Shown here one piece after another: positions 26,392 to 37,961 of a stretch of 64,000 bases of DNA. Position 1 is the first letter of the stretch. The number at the start of each line of letters is the position of its first letter. Origin of the DNA: an uncultured Chromatiales bacterium (lineage in GTDB: Bacteria; Pseudomonadota; Gammaproteobacteria; SZUA-140); contig CAYLYS010000003.1 in assembly GCA_964388175.1 (NCBI GenBank), forward strand, positions 6,870 through 70,869, given 5' to 3'. The notes beneath the pieces were generated by a model. That model had not been told where the DNA came from. It made no database searches and saw nothing but the letters and a program-made list of their open reading frames with translations. A program made the translations under genes and the position numbers.

Positions 26392-27771
26392 TTGTTTGAG
26401 CGACCTCAGGCGGGTACGCGAGCGATACTCGTTCAGCTCGATCTGCGTTCCGACAGGAAGCGGGAGAGCCGGGAAGAGTTCCACCAGCTTGCGGTGTCCG
26501 CTGGCGTCATGCCGGTCGCCGCGCTCGGCGGCACGCGCGACCGGCCCGACCCACGGCTCTTCGTCGGCGCGGGCAAGGCCGAGGAGATCCTGCAGCGGGT
26601 GCAGGAGACGGAGGCCGAACTGGTCCTGTTCAATCATGCGCTCACGCCGGTGCAGGAACGCAATCTCGAGCGCGAACTGAAGTGCCGCGTGCTCGACCGC
26701 ACCGGCCTCATCCTCGACATCTTCGCCCAGCGTGCGCGGACCTTCGAAGGCAAGCTGCAGGTCGAACTGGCGCAGCTCAAGCATCTGGCCACGCGCCTGG
26801 TGCGTGGCTGGTCGCATCTGGAACGGCAGAAGGGCGGTATCGGTCTGCGGGGTCCGGGTGAAACCCAGCTCGAAACCGACCGCCGCCTGATCGGCAAGCG
26901 CATACGCCAGCTCAACAAGCGCATCGAAGGTGTGCGACGTCACCGTGAACTGAGCCGGCGTTCCCGCCGCAAGGCGACGGTGTACGGTGTTTCTCTGGTC
27001 GGATACACCAACGCGGGCAAGTCGACCCTGTTCAACCGCCTCACCGGCGCCGGGGTCTACCAGGCCGATCAGCTGTTCGCAACGCTCGATCCGACGCTGC
27101 GCCGCCTGGAACTGCCGGGCATGGCGGACGTGGTGCTTGCCGACACGGTGGGTTTCATCAGCGATCTGCCGCCCGATCTGGTCGCCGCTTTCCATGCCAC
27201 CCTGGAAGAAACCCTGGAAGCGGATGTGCTGCTGCACGTCATTGACGCGCACGACGAGGAGCATGCCGCCCAGATCGAGGAAGTGAACAGCATACTGGTC
27301 GATATCGGCGCGCAGCAGATTCCGCAGATCGAGGTGTACAACAAGATCGATCTGCGCGAGGATGATCATCCTCGCGTCGATTACGATGCGGCGGGGCGGC
27401 CGAAACGGGTGTGGCTGTCGGCGCGCGACGGTCGCGGCGTCGATCTGCTGCGCACCGCGGTCGCACAGTTGCTGCAGTCCCTGCATAATGACGGCGCCGG
27501 CAATGGCGCCATGAGTGGGGCAGCAAAGCCGTTCCAGGTCCGCCTGCAGCCTGGCGCCGGGCGTATCCATGCGCGTCTGCATGCCTGGAAGGCGGTGCAG
27601 CATGAACAGACCAACGAACAGGGGGAATGGCTCGTCGATGCGCTGCTGACACCCGCCATGCGTGACTATCTGTGCGCTCAGGAGGGTTGTGAGATCGGTG
27701 TCAAAGACGACGCCGGCGAGCTTGTCGCTTGCGGCGAAACCGCCAGCACCCTAAAATCTGCGACCGGATGA
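26392..27771 (+). CDS. hflX: GTPase HflX
   Basis: TTG start giving MFERPQAG... collinear with E. coli HflX; G-domain VSLVGYTNAGKSTLFNRLT, DTVGF. Confidence 0.9.
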   Translation: MFERPQAGTRAILVQLDLRSDRKRESREEFHQLAVSAGVMPVAALGGTRDRPDPRLFVGAGKAEEILQRVQETEAELVLFNHALTPVQERNLERELKCRVLDRTGLILDIFAQRARTFEGKLQVELAQLKHLATRLVRGWSHLERQKGGIGLRGPGETQLETDRRLIGKRIRQLNKRIEGVRRHRELSRRSRRKATVYGVSLVGYTNAGKSTLFNRLTGAGVYQADQLFATLDPTLRRLELPGMADVVLADTVGFISDLPPDLVAAFHATLEETLEADVLLHVIDAHDEEHAAQIEEVNSILVDIGAQQIPQIEVYNKIDLREDDHPRVDYDAAGRPKRVWLSARDGRGVDLLRTAVAQLLQSLHNDGAGNGAMSGAAKPFQVRLQPGAGRIHARLHAWKAVQHEQTNEQGEWLVDALLTPAMRDYLCAQEGCEIGVKDDAGELVACGETASTLKSATG

Positions 27772-27789
27772 ATCAATAATTTCAAAAAT

Positions 27790-29079
27790 ATGAAACCGTT
27801 GGAAGAATCGAAAGCACAGGGGCAGGAAATGGCATGGAACGAGCCTGGCGGCCCCAGGGGCGGCAAGGATCCTTGGAGTGGCCGCGGTGGTGGTGATGGC
27901 CAGCAGCAGGGACCGCCGGATCTCGACGAGGTCGTGCGCAAACTGCAGGAGAAGTTCAGCGGCCTGTTCGGTGGCGGTCGGCGTGGCGGTAGCGGCGGCG
28001 GCAAGGGCAGCGGCCGGGCGGCATCGTTCAGCATAGGCACCATCATCCTCGTGCTGCTTGGCCTGTGGGGATTGTCCGGCTTCTATATCGTCACCGAAGG
28101 CAGCCAGGGCGTGGTGCTCCGCTTCGGCCAGTACCAGCAATCGGTCGGTTCCGGCCTGCACTGGCATATCCCTTATCCCGTCGAGTCGGTGGATCTCGTC
28201 GACGTTGACGACTTCGACCGACTCGACGAGATCCGCACCGCCGAGATCGGCTATCGTTCCGGCGCCGGCCCCCAGGGCGCACGCGCACTGGCGCGCGAGG
28301 CACTGATGCTGACCCAGGACGAGAACATCGTCGACATCAAGCTGGCGATCCAGTACCGGGTCAAGGACGCGCGGGATTATCTCTTCAACGTCGCCGATCC
28401 CGATCTCACTCTGGCGCAGGCGGCGGAAAGCTCGCTGCGCGAGATCATCGGCAAGAGCACCATGGATTTCGTGCTCACCGAAGGCCGCGCGGAAGTGGTG
28501 GCGCGGGTCAATACGCTGATCCAGGCGATCCTCGACAACTATCAGGCCGGCCTGCATCTGACCAGTGTGAACATGCAGGACGCCCAGCCGCCGGAAGAAG
28601 TGCAGCATGCCTTCGATGATGCGGTGAAGGCGCGCGAGGATGAGGAGCGCCTGCGCAACGAAGCCGAAACCTATTCCAACGATATCCTGCCGCGCGCACG
28701 CGGTCAGGCCGCCCGCGTCATCGAGGAGGCGAACGCCTACCAGGCGCAGATGATCGCGCAGTCCGAAGGTGACGCGAGTCGTTTCACCCAGGTGCTGGCG
28801 GAGTACCGCCGTTCGCCCAGCATCATGCGCGAGCGCATGTATCTCGATACCATTGAATCGATCATGAAGAATGTGAGCAAGGTGATAGTGGACGTGGAGG
28901 GTGGCAACAACATGCTGTTCCTGCCCATCGACCGTCTGATGAGCGGCGAGCTCGGTGCGCGCACCGACGGCGGCGCCGCAAGAAGCGGCACCGGCACCGG
29001 TGCGGCTGCGACGCCTCTGTTGAGGGACGATGCCGCGGAACGCGCGCGCGCCGCCTTGCGTGACCGGGGGGTACGCTGA
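27790..29079 (+). CDS. hflK: FtsH protease modulator HflK (start may be 27829, MAWNEPGG)
   Basis: SPFH/band-7 domain, N-terminal Gly-rich region and TM; 1-nt overlap with hflC. Confidence 0.9.
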   Translation: MKPLEESKAQGQEMAWNEPGGPRGGKDPWSGRGGGDGQQQGPPDLDEVVRKLQEKFSGLFGGGRRGGSGGGKGSGRAASFSIGTIILVLLGLWGLSGFYIVTEGSQGVVLRFGQYQQSVGSGLHWHIPYPVESVDLVDVDDFDRLDEIRTAEIGYRSGAGPQGARALAREALMLTQDENIVDIKLAIQYRVKDARDYLFNVADPDLTLAQAAESSLREIIGKSTMDFVLTEGRAEVVARVNTLIQAILDNYQAGLHLTSVNMQDAQPPEEVQHAFDDAVKAREDEERLRNEAETYSNDILPRARGQAARVIEEANAYQAQMIAQSEGDASRFTQVLAEYRRSPSIMRERMYLDTIESIMKNVSKVIVDVEGGNNMLFLPIDRLMSGELGARTDGGAARSGTGTGAAATPLLRDDAAERARAALRDRGVR

Positions 29080-29957
29080 TGGGACGCATCAACTCGATAG
29101 TCATCATCGTCGTCGCGGCGCTTCTGCTGCTGGCCTCGTTCTCCCTGTTCACCGTGAAGGAATGGGAACGCGCCATTCTGTTCCAGTTTGGCGAGATCGT
29201 GCGTTCCGACTATGAACCGGGTCTGCACTTCAAGATTCCGGTGATCCAGAACGTGCGCAAGTACAACGGCCGCATCATGACCATGGATGCCGCCGCCGAG
29301 CGCTATCTGACCGCGGAGAAGAAAAACCTCATCGTCGACGCCTTCGTCAAGTGGCGTATTCAGGACGTGCGGCGCTACTATACCGCGATGGGCGGCGACG
29401 AGACGCGCGCGCGCGATCGTCTGTCCCAGATCATCAAGGACGGGCTGCGTGCCGAATTCGGCAAGCGCACCGTGCAGGAAGTGGTGTCCGGCGAGCGGTC
29501 GGCGGTGATGGCCGTGCTGCAGGTCAATGCCGATGCCCAGGCCGCCCAGTTCGGCATCTCCATCATCGACGTGCGTCTGAAGCGCGTCGATCTGCCGGAA
29601 GACGTCAGCGCGTCGGTGTATCGCCGCATGGAAGCCGAGCGTGTACGTGTCGCCACCGATCTGCGTTCGCGCGGTGCGGAAGCGGCCGAACGCATCCGCG
29701 CCGATGCCGACCGCCAGCGCACCATCATCCTGGCGGAAGCGTATCGCGAAGCCGAGGAACTGCGCGGTACCGGCGACGCCCGCGCCGCCGAGATCTACAG
29801 CACCGCGTTCTCGGGAGATCCGGAGTTCTTCTCGTTCTATCGCAGCATCAATGCCTATCGTTCCTCGTTCAGCGAGAAGAGCGATGTTTTGCTGCTCGAT
29901 CCGGACAGCAGCTTCTTCAAGTATTTCCGCGACCCGGGCAAGAGCTCGGGTCGATGA
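29079..29957 (+). CDS. hflC: FtsH protease modulator HflC
   Basis: N-terminal TM MGRINSIVIIVVAALLLLASFSLF followed by SPFH domain; 292 aa. Confidence 0.9.
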   Translation: MGRINSIVIIVVAALLLLASFSLFTVKEWERAILFQFGEIVRSDYEPGLHFKIPVIQNVRKYNGRIMTMDAAAERYLTAEKKNLIVDAFVKWRIQDVRRYYTAMGGDETRARDRLSQIIKDGLRAEFGKRTVQEVVSGERSAVMAVLQVNADAQAAQFGISIIDVRLKRVDLPEDVSASVYRRMEAERVRVATDLRSRGAEAAERIRADADRQRTIILAEAYREAEELRGTGDARAAEIYSTAFSGDPEFFSFYRSINAYRSSFSEKSDVLLLDPDSSFFKYFRDPGKSSGR

Positions 29958-30014
29958 TCGCCTCGCTGCGCGTCTGATCGGCGCCGGACCATGAAAGGCG
30001 CCCGACTGGACGGA

Positions 30015-31208
30015 ATGAGCAACCGCTGGCTGTTGCCGGACGCGGTCGATGAATTTCTGCCGCCGCAGGCAGAAGCGCTCGAACGGCTGCGCCGCGAGCT
30101 GCTCGATATGTTTTTCAGCTGGGGGTATGAGCTCGTCATGCCCCCGCTGATCGAGTATATCGAGTCGCTGCTGGTCGGCACCGGCAACGATCTCGACCTC
30201 GAAACCTTCAAGCTGATCGATCAGTCCACCGGGCGTCTGCTCGGCCTGCGTGCCGACATCACGCCCCAGGTCGCGCGCATCGATGCGCATCGCCTGCAGC
30301 GTCAGGGGCCGCAGCGGCTGTGCTATCTCGATCCCGTCGTGCGCACGCGGCGCAACGGTTTCGCCAGTTCGCGCAATCCGCTGCAGCTGGGCGCCGAACT
30401 CTACGGTCATGCCGGCATCGAAAGCGACATCGAAGTGCTGCGCCTGATGGTGCGTACGCTGCGGGTAGCCGGGCTGTCGCATTTCCACATCGATCTGGGG
30501 CACGTCGGTATCGTGCGTGCGCTGGCCCGCGAGGCTGGTCTCGATCAGACCCAGGAGTCATTCCTCTTCCACGCGCTGCAGCGCAAGGCGCGGCCGGAGA
30601 TCGAATCCTATCTTGCCGGCCTCTCCATCGATACCGCCTGCCGGCGCCGCCTCATCGCCCTGGTCGATCTCAATGGCGGCGAGGGCGTGTTCGACGAGGC
30701 CCGCAGCCAATTGCGCGGTGCCGGACGCGAGGTCATGCAGGCGCTGGAATCACTGCAGCAGATGGCCGAGGCGGCGCAATGCCAGTTTGCCACCATCGAG
30801 CTGCATTACGATCTCGCCGAACTGCGGGGCTACCGTTACCAGTCCGGTGTGGTGTTCGCCGCTTTCGTGCCGGGACACGGACGGGAAGTCGCTCGCGGCG
30901 GGCGCTATGACGATATCGGTCGCCTGTTTGGCCGCGCTCGTCCGGCGACCGGCTTCAGTACCGATCTCAAATCACTGCTGGCCTTGGGTTCAGCGCCCTC
31001 CGTGCGCCGCCGGGCGATCCTGGCGCCGCCATGGCGCGAGGACGACGCACTGCGGCGCCTGATCCGCACCCTGCGCGCGGATGGCGAGCGCGTCATCTAT
31101 ACGCTGCCAGGCCAGCAGATCGATCTCGCCGAGCTCGGTTGCGATCGCGTGATCGAGCACCGCGACGGCAAATGGGTAGTGCTTCCCGCAGCGGACGCCC
31201 GCCAGTAG
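30015..31208 (+). CDS. hisZ: ATP phosphoribosyltransferase regulatory subunit HisZ (alternative start 29991)
   Basis: Class II aaRS-like HisZ fold (MSNRWLLPDAVDEFLPPQAEALERLRRELLDMFFSWGYELVMPPLIEY...); located between hflC and purA. Confidence 0.8.
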   Translation: MSNRWLLPDAVDEFLPPQAEALERLRRELLDMFFSWGYELVMPPLIEYIESLLVGTGNDLDLETFKLIDQSTGRLLGLRADITPQVARIDAHRLQRQGPQRLCYLDPVVRTRRNGFASSRNPLQLGAELYGHAGIESDIEVLRLMVRTLRVAGLSHFHIDLGHVGIVRALAREAGLDQTQESFLFHALQRKARPEIESYLAGLSIDTACRRRLIALVDLNGGEGVFDEARSQLRGAGREVMQALESLQQMAEAAQCQFATIELHYDLAELRGYRYQSGVVFAAFVPGHGREVARGGRYDDIGRLFGRARPATGFSTDLKSLLALGSAPSVRRRAILAPPWREDDALRRLIRTLRADGERVIYTLPGQQIDLAELGCDRVIEHRDGKWVVLPAADARQ

Positions 31209-31221
31209 TTCCAAACCGTGA

Positions 31222-32676
<1,455 letters not shown>

Positions 32677-32772
32677 GGCCGGCGTGCGATGATGCGGGCG
32701 GAGAGCAGGGTGGTGACAACTGCGCCGCCAGCGCCGCGCCGCCTCGGCCGCACCGGCTAAGGAGAGTGAATC

Positions 32773-34275
32773 ATGGATGATTCCACTTTTTTCGATCGCC
32801 TGCTCGACCGTCTGGAGCGCATGGGCAATGCGCTCCCGCATCCGGTCACGCTGTTCGTTTGCGCGCTGCTGCTGGTGATGGTCGCATCGCAGCTCGCCGC
32901 CTGGGCGGGCTGGTCGGCGCAGCGTCCGCTGCCGGCGGCGGACGGCAGCCTGATGGTCACCGCCAGAGGCCTGTTCGAAAGCGAAGGGCTGTGGTGGCTG
33001 TTTTCCTCCCTGGTCGGCAATTTCACCGCTTTCCCGCCGCTCGGCATCGTGCTGGTGGCGATGTTCGGCATTGGCCTGGCCGAGCGCAGCGGACTGCTGG
33101 CGGCGCTGCTCGAGCGTGCGCTGCATGTGACGCCCGCGCATCTGCTGACGCCGATGATCATTCTGCTCGGCATCCTGTCTTCGCTGGCGATGGATGCGGG
33201 CTATGTCGTGCTGCCGCCGCTGGCGGCGATTCTGTTTCACGCCGCCGGACGTCCACCGCTGGCCGGGTTGGCGGCGGCGTTCGCCGGCGTCGCCGCCGGT
33301 TTCAGCGCGAATTTCTTCATCACCGGACTCGATCCCCTGCTGGCCGGTTTCACCCAGGCCGGTGCGCAGATCGTGGTGCCGGATTACCAGGTGGCGGTGA
33401 CGGCCAACTGGTGGCTGATGATCGTTTCCACGGTCGTGCTCACGCTTGCCGGATGGTGGGCCAGCGTCCGTTTCGTCGAACCGCGTCAGCAGGTGATGGC
33501 GTCCACGGCAGTGCCCGCGGCCACCGTCAGCGGCCGCGGCCTGCGCTCGGCCGCGCTGGCATTGCTGCTGACGCTGCTGTTCCTGCTCGCGCTGGTGCTG
33601 ATACCCGGCGCGCCGCTGCACGGTGACGGCGCGCACTTCGCGCGCTGGGTGGAAGCGATGGTGCCGATGCTGCTGCTGTGCTTTCTCGTGCCGGGCCTGG
33701 CTTACGGCGTCGCCGCCGGCACCATCCGCAGCGACCGCGACGCGGTGCGCATGCTGGGCGATACCATCGCTGCGCTTGCTCCCTATATCGTGCTCGCCTT
33801 CGTCGCCGCCCAGTTCATCGCCGCTTTCAACTACAGTCAGCTCGGCCTGCTGCTGGCGATCACCGGCGGTGCCTGGCTGGCTTCGCTGCAACTGCCGGCG
33901 CCGGTACTGATCCTGCTTTTCATCGCCCTGGTGATGTTCGCCGATCTGTTCATGGCCTCGGCATCGGCGAAATATGCTTTTTTCGCGCCGGTTTTCGTGC
34001 CCATGCTGATGATGGCGGGTATCAGTCCCGAGCTGACGCAGGCCGCCTACCGCATCGGCGATTCGATCACCAACATCGTCACGCCGCTCAATCCCTATTG
34101 GGTGATCATACTGGCATTCATGCAACGCTGGCGTGCCGATGCCGGCATGGGCACGCTGATAGCGCTGATGGCGCCCTATGCGCTGGTGTTCGCCCTGGTG
34201 TGGCCCGTACTGCTGCTGTCGTGGATATGGATGGGCATTCCGCTCGGTCCCGGCGGCAGTCTGTACTGGCCCTGA
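32773..34275 (+). CDS. AbgT-family (p-aminobenzoyl-glutamate/antimetabolite) transporter
   Basis: 500 aa, ~12 TM; N-terminus FFDRLLDRLERMGNALPHPVTLFV typical of the AbgT/MtrF family. Confidence 0.78.
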   Translation: MDDSTFFDRLLDRLERMGNALPHPVTLFVCALLLVMVASQLAAWAGWSAQRPLPAADGSLMVTARGLFESEGLWWLFSSLVGNFTAFPPLGIVLVAMFGIGLAERSGLLAALLERALHVTPAHLLTPMIILLGILSSLAMDAGYVVLPPLAAILFHAAGRPPLAGLAAAFAGVAAGFSANFFITGLDPLLAGFTQAGAQIVVPDYQVAVTANWWLMIVSTVVLTLAGWWASVRFVEPRQQVMASTAVPAATVSGRGLRSAALALLLTLLFLLALVLIPGAPLHGDGAHFARWVEAMVPMLLLCFLVPGLAYGVAAGTIRSDRDAVRMLGDTIAALAPYIVLAFVAAQFIAAFNYSQLGLLLAITGGAWLASLQLPAPVLILLFIALVMFADLFMASASAKYAFFAPVFVPMLMMAGISPELTQAAYRIGDSITNIVTPLNPYWVIILAFMQRWRADAGMGTLIALMAPYALVFALVWPVLLLSWIWMGIPLGPGGSLYWP

Positions 34276-34452
34276 TCCGCATTTCCCCGCCGTCGCCGTT
34301 GCTGTTGCATGGATGCAACGCCGCGTGCATTTAACCAAACTGCAACATTAGATTCATCCAAGCGTCATCTGTCCTTCCTACACTCCCTGCTGCACGACAG
34401 ATCCTCATACGAGGATCGTTATCGAAAAATATCAGCAACTGTGGAGAGATTG

Positions 34453-35508
34453 ATGAACAGCAAATCGCTTTCGGGAAAAACCCTGCTCGCTACCGCCGTC
34501 GTCGCGGTGCTGGCCGCACCCGCGGCATTCGCCGCCAGCGATGTGGATGTGGAAATCTATGGTCGTGCGCATGTCTCGGTAGATATGCTGGATGACGGTG
34601 AAGACAGCGGCGCCAACGTGTCCAGCAACTCCAGCCGCATCGGTTTTCGCGCCAGCACGGAAGTCGCGCCGGGCTTGAAGGGTATGGTGCAGCTGGAACA
34701 GGAAGTCCGCTTCGATCACGGTGGCGGCAACTTCGCCACACGCGACAGCTTCGTCGGCCTGGAAGGCAGCTTCGGTGGTGTCCGCCTCGGCCAGTTCGAC
34801 ACCCCGCTGAAGAAGGTGCGTGGCGAGGTCGATCTGTTCGGCGATCAGATCGGTGACATGCGCAACCTGACCCGTCTCAATCGGGTCGGTGGTCCTTACA
34901 GCGCCGATTTCGATACCCGTTTCCAGAACGGTATCCACTACTACACACCGTCGTTCAACGGTTTCGGCGCGGACCTGCACTACAGCACCAACACGGACAC
35001 CGGCACCAATCCGACTTCGGATGACGCTACCGCCTACAGCCTGGGGCTGAACTACAAGACCAAGGTTCTGTATCTGGGTGCTTCTTACGAGCAGCAGGAA
35101 GCTCGTGACGACAGCAGCGCGCTGCGTCTCGCCGCCAGCTACAAGATCGATGATCTGCGCCTGATCGCGCTGTACCAGCTGGCCACGCTGAAGGCCGAAG
35201 GCATTGATGATATCGATGTCGATATCTACGGCGTCGGTGCGAGCTACAAGGTCGGTGACAAGACCACGATCAAGGGCCAGTACCTCGCGCTGAGCGAGGA
35301 TCGCAATGACCGCGATGCCAGCCTGCTCGCCCTCGGCGTCGATTATCAGCTGAGCAAGGCGTTCCGCCTGCTGTTCGCCTATGCCATGACCGACAACGAC
35401 GATGCGGCGGCCTATCGCATGTCGGACAGCGGTCACGGTGACGCCGTTGCCACCATCCCCGGTGAAACGGCGAGCGGCTTCTCGGCGGGTTTCCGTTACG
35501 ACTTCTGA
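34453..35508 (+). CDS. Gram-negative general porin (beta-barrel, C-terminal Phe)
   Basis: Signal peptide MNSKSLSGKTLLATAVVAVLAAPAAFA, alternating amphipathic beta strands, terminal ...GFRYDF. Confidence 0.75.
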   Translation: MNSKSLSGKTLLATAVVAVLAAPAAFAASDVDVEIYGRAHVSVDMLDDGEDSGANVSSNSSRIGFRASTEVAPGLKGMVQLEQEVRFDHGGGNFATRDSFVGLEGSFGGVRLGQFDTPLKKVRGEVDLFGDQIGDMRNLTRLNRVGGPYSADFDTRFQNGIHYYTPSFNGFGADLHYSTNTDTGTNPTSDDATAYSLGLNYKTKVLYLGASYEQQEARDDSSALRLAASYKIDDLRLIALYQLATLKAEGIDDIDVDIYGVGASYKVGDKTTIKGQYLALSEDRNDRDASLLALGVDYQLSKAFRLLFAYAMTDNDDAAAYRMSDSGHGDAVATIPGETASGFSAGFRYDF

Positions 35509-35538
35509 TTCCGCAGTACCTTTCCTCCCTCCCTTGCA

Positions 35539-35567
35539 GGGGCCGGCCATCCGGCCCCATTTTTTTT
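35539..35567 (+). terminator. Strong intrinsic terminator after the porin gene
   Basis: ggggccgg-ccat-ccggcccc perfect 8-bp stem followed by T8. Confidence 0.75.
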
Positions 35568-35747
35568 CGTGGCTTGGCATCGACCTGCCGGGATGCGTCG
35601 GCTCGAGGCGACAGGGCGGCTGGCAAACATCTGCCCATGGCAGTCAGCGCCTGCTAGGCGTCCGGATACGCTGGAGTTCCCTTGTGAAGGAACGGTATAC
35701 TTCGTGCAAATAATAGTGCGTCTCATTTTTGATTGATGCCCGTTTGA

Positions 35748-36560
35748 TTGATGTTCAGCGCGACCGGATCCGTTTCGATGCCGAATACCTTGATTGCCAG
35801 CGAATCCGGCTGCTTCTCACCGCAGAATGGCTTGGCTTTACCGCCTGCCCGGGTCCTGGTGGTGGATGATCATGAAGACATTCGCGAGCCGGTGACGATC
35901 TACCTGGGACGACAGGGTTTCGAAGCTGTACCGGCAGCCGGCGCCATGGAAATGCGGGCGGTGCTGCGCCAGCGGCCGGTCGACGTGATCGTGCTCGATA
36001 TCATGCTGACTGACGGCGATGGCCTCGAACTGTGCCGCGAGCTGACTGGTACCAGTGCGATGCCGGTCATCCTGCTGACCGCGATGGCAGGCTACCAGGA
36101 CCGCGTGATTGGTTTGGACGCCGGTGCCGACGACTACGTCGTCAAGCCCTTCGATCCGGCCGAACTGGCGGCGCGCATCCGCAGCGTACTTCGCCGTCTG
36201 GCGCGCGGCAGTGCGCTGCCGGTGCCCGCAGTGGTGCAGCGTTTTGAGTTCGAAGGCTGGGTGTTCGATGTGGCGGCGCGCGAGCTGACCGATCCGCACG
36301 GCCGGCGAGTAATCCTGAGCGAGACCGAATACCGTTTGCTGACAGTGTTCGCCGAATACCACGGTGAGGTGCTCAGCCGTGACCACCTGCTCGATCTGAC
36401 GCAGCCCAACGACCTGTCGGTGTTCGACCGCAGCATCGATACCCAGGTCTGCCGCCTGCGCAAGAAGCTCGAGCCGGAACCACAGATGCCTCGACTGATA
36501 AAGACGGTGCGCGGCGGCGGCTACCTGTTTGCCGCGAACGTGCAGCCCTGGCCACCATGA
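35748..36560 (+). CDS. OmpR/PhoB-family response regulator (true start probably downstream of 35748)
   Basis: Receiver domain (RVLVVDDHEDIRE...VIVLDIMLTDGDGLEL...ILLTAM) and winged-helix output (SRDHLLD...VCRLRKKLE...IKTVRGGGY). Confidence 0.85.
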   Translation: MMFSATGSVSMPNTLIASESGCFSPQNGLALPPARVLVVDDHEDIREPVTIYLGRQGFEAVPAAGAMEMRAVLRQRPVDVIVLDIMLTDGDGLELCRELTGTSAMPVILLTAMAGYQDRVIGLDAGADDYVVKPFDPAELAARIRSVLRRLARGSALPVPAVVQRFEFEGWVFDVAARELTDPHGRRVILSETEYRLLTVFAEYHGEVLSRDHLLDLTQPNDLSVFDRSIDTQVCRLRKKLEPEPQMPRLIKTVRGGGYLFAANVQPWPP

Positions 36561-37888
36561 GGTTCTGGCCGCGCAGCATGGCGGGCCAGCTTGCCATGCT
36601 GCTGTCGGCCGGTTTGCTGGCAAGCCACTTGGTCACCGTGCTCGTGCTGCGCGGTTACAGCGATGCGCTGAACCCGGTTTCGCGGGACCATGTCCTCGAG
36701 CACATGGCGAGCGCCTACCACATCGCGCAGACAGCGTCCGAAGCTGAGCTGGCGCAGTTGCTGCAGGCGATGAGCTCACGGGAAACGCAGTTCCGCATCA
36801 CCTCGGAGCCGTCGCCGCCGACCCTCGAGTCCGAAAGATTGCCGCTCCTGTATAACCGGCTTGCAGCCAAATTGCCCGAGGCCCCGCAACTGCGCGTGCG
36901 GGTGGCGCGGCCTGCTGTGGCGGAGAGCACCGGCAGTGTGCTGGATCTGCCGGTCGTGTGGGTGCATATGGCGGCGCGTCTCCCCGACGGCCGCTGGCTG
37001 CACAGCGTGCAGCAGTCGCGGGCCAATCAGCACTGGTGGTGGTGGCTGGGCCTGTGGCTGCCGGTGAGCGCATTGCCGGTGCTGGTACTGGTGATTGCGT
37101 TTCTCTACCGCACGCTGCGTCCGATCAAGGCACTCGCGCGTGCGGCCGAGCGCGTCAGTCGCGGCGAACGGGTCGCGCCGCTGCCGGTCGTCGGTCCGGG
37201 CGAGGTGCGTGAAGTCTCGGCCGCGTTCAACACGATGCAGGACAAGCTTACCCGCTTCATCGATGATCGCACGCAGTTGCTCGCCGCGGTGAGCCACGAC
37301 GTGCGTACGCCGATCGCTTCGCTGCGCGTGCGCGCCGAACTGGTGGACGATCCAGCGCTGCGCGCCGCGATGACGCGCACGCTCGACGACATGAGCGCGA
37401 TGGCCGAGCAGACGCTGCACTTCGCTCGCGACGATGCCGCCGGCGAACCGATGCATGAGATCGATCTGCGGACGCTGCTCGACGACGTGGTGCACGATGC
37501 GCGCGCCGTGGACCATGAGGTCGAGATCGAAGTCGAGTCCGGACCGCCGCAACCATACCGTGCGCGGCCCAGCAGTCTGCGGCGCGCGCTCGCCAATCTG
37601 GTCGACAATGCGATGCGTCACGGCGGTGGACGAGTGTGGGTGCGCTTGACCGAGGCGCCGCTGCGCATCGAGGTCGATGATGCCGGACCCGGACTGACGC
37701 CGGATCTGCTCGAACGCGTGTTCGAGCCTTTCTTCCAGGTGGATCCGGCGCGCAACCACAATCGGAAGGGCGTCGGCGTCGGACTGGGGCTGGCGATCGC
37801 GCGTTCCTGCGCCCGCGCGCACGGCGGTGACGTGACGCTGGCCAATCGACCCGAAGGCGGCTTACGCGCGACGCTCTTTCTGCCGTGA
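36557..37888 (+). CDS. Sensor histidine kinase (2 TM, HAMP, HisKA, HATPase_c), partner of the upstream regulator
   Basis: H-box LLAAVSHDVRTPIASL, N/G boxes (LANLVDNAMRHGG; GVGVGLGLAIARS); ATGA overlap with the regulator stop. Confidence 0.85.
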   Translation: MRFWPRSMAGQLAMLLSAGLLASHLVTVLVLRGYSDALNPVSRDHVLEHMASAYHIAQTASEAELAQLLQAMSSRETQFRITSEPSPPTLESERLPLLYNRLAAKLPEAPQLRVRVARPAVAESTGSVLDLPVVWVHMAARLPDGRWLHSVQQSRANQHWWWWLGLWLPVSALPVLVLVIAFLYRTLRPIKALARAAERVSRGERVAPLPVVGPGEVREVSAAFNTMQDKLTRFIDDRTQLLAAVSHDVRTPIASLRVRAELVDDPALRAAMTRTLDDMSAMAEQTLHFARDDAAGEPMHEIDLRTLLDDVVHDARAVDHEVEIEVESGPPQPYRARPSSLRRALANLVDNAMRHGGGRVWVRLTEAPLRIEVDDAGPGLTPDLLERVFEPFFQVDPARNHNRKGVGVGLGLAIARSCARAHGGDVTLANRPEGGLRATLFLP

Positions 37889-37961
37889 GCCGCCACGCGG
37901 CCGTCGCCGTGTCGGCCTCTGCCGACGGGCAATCGGCGTTTGCGCGAGCGCGAGTATCACT

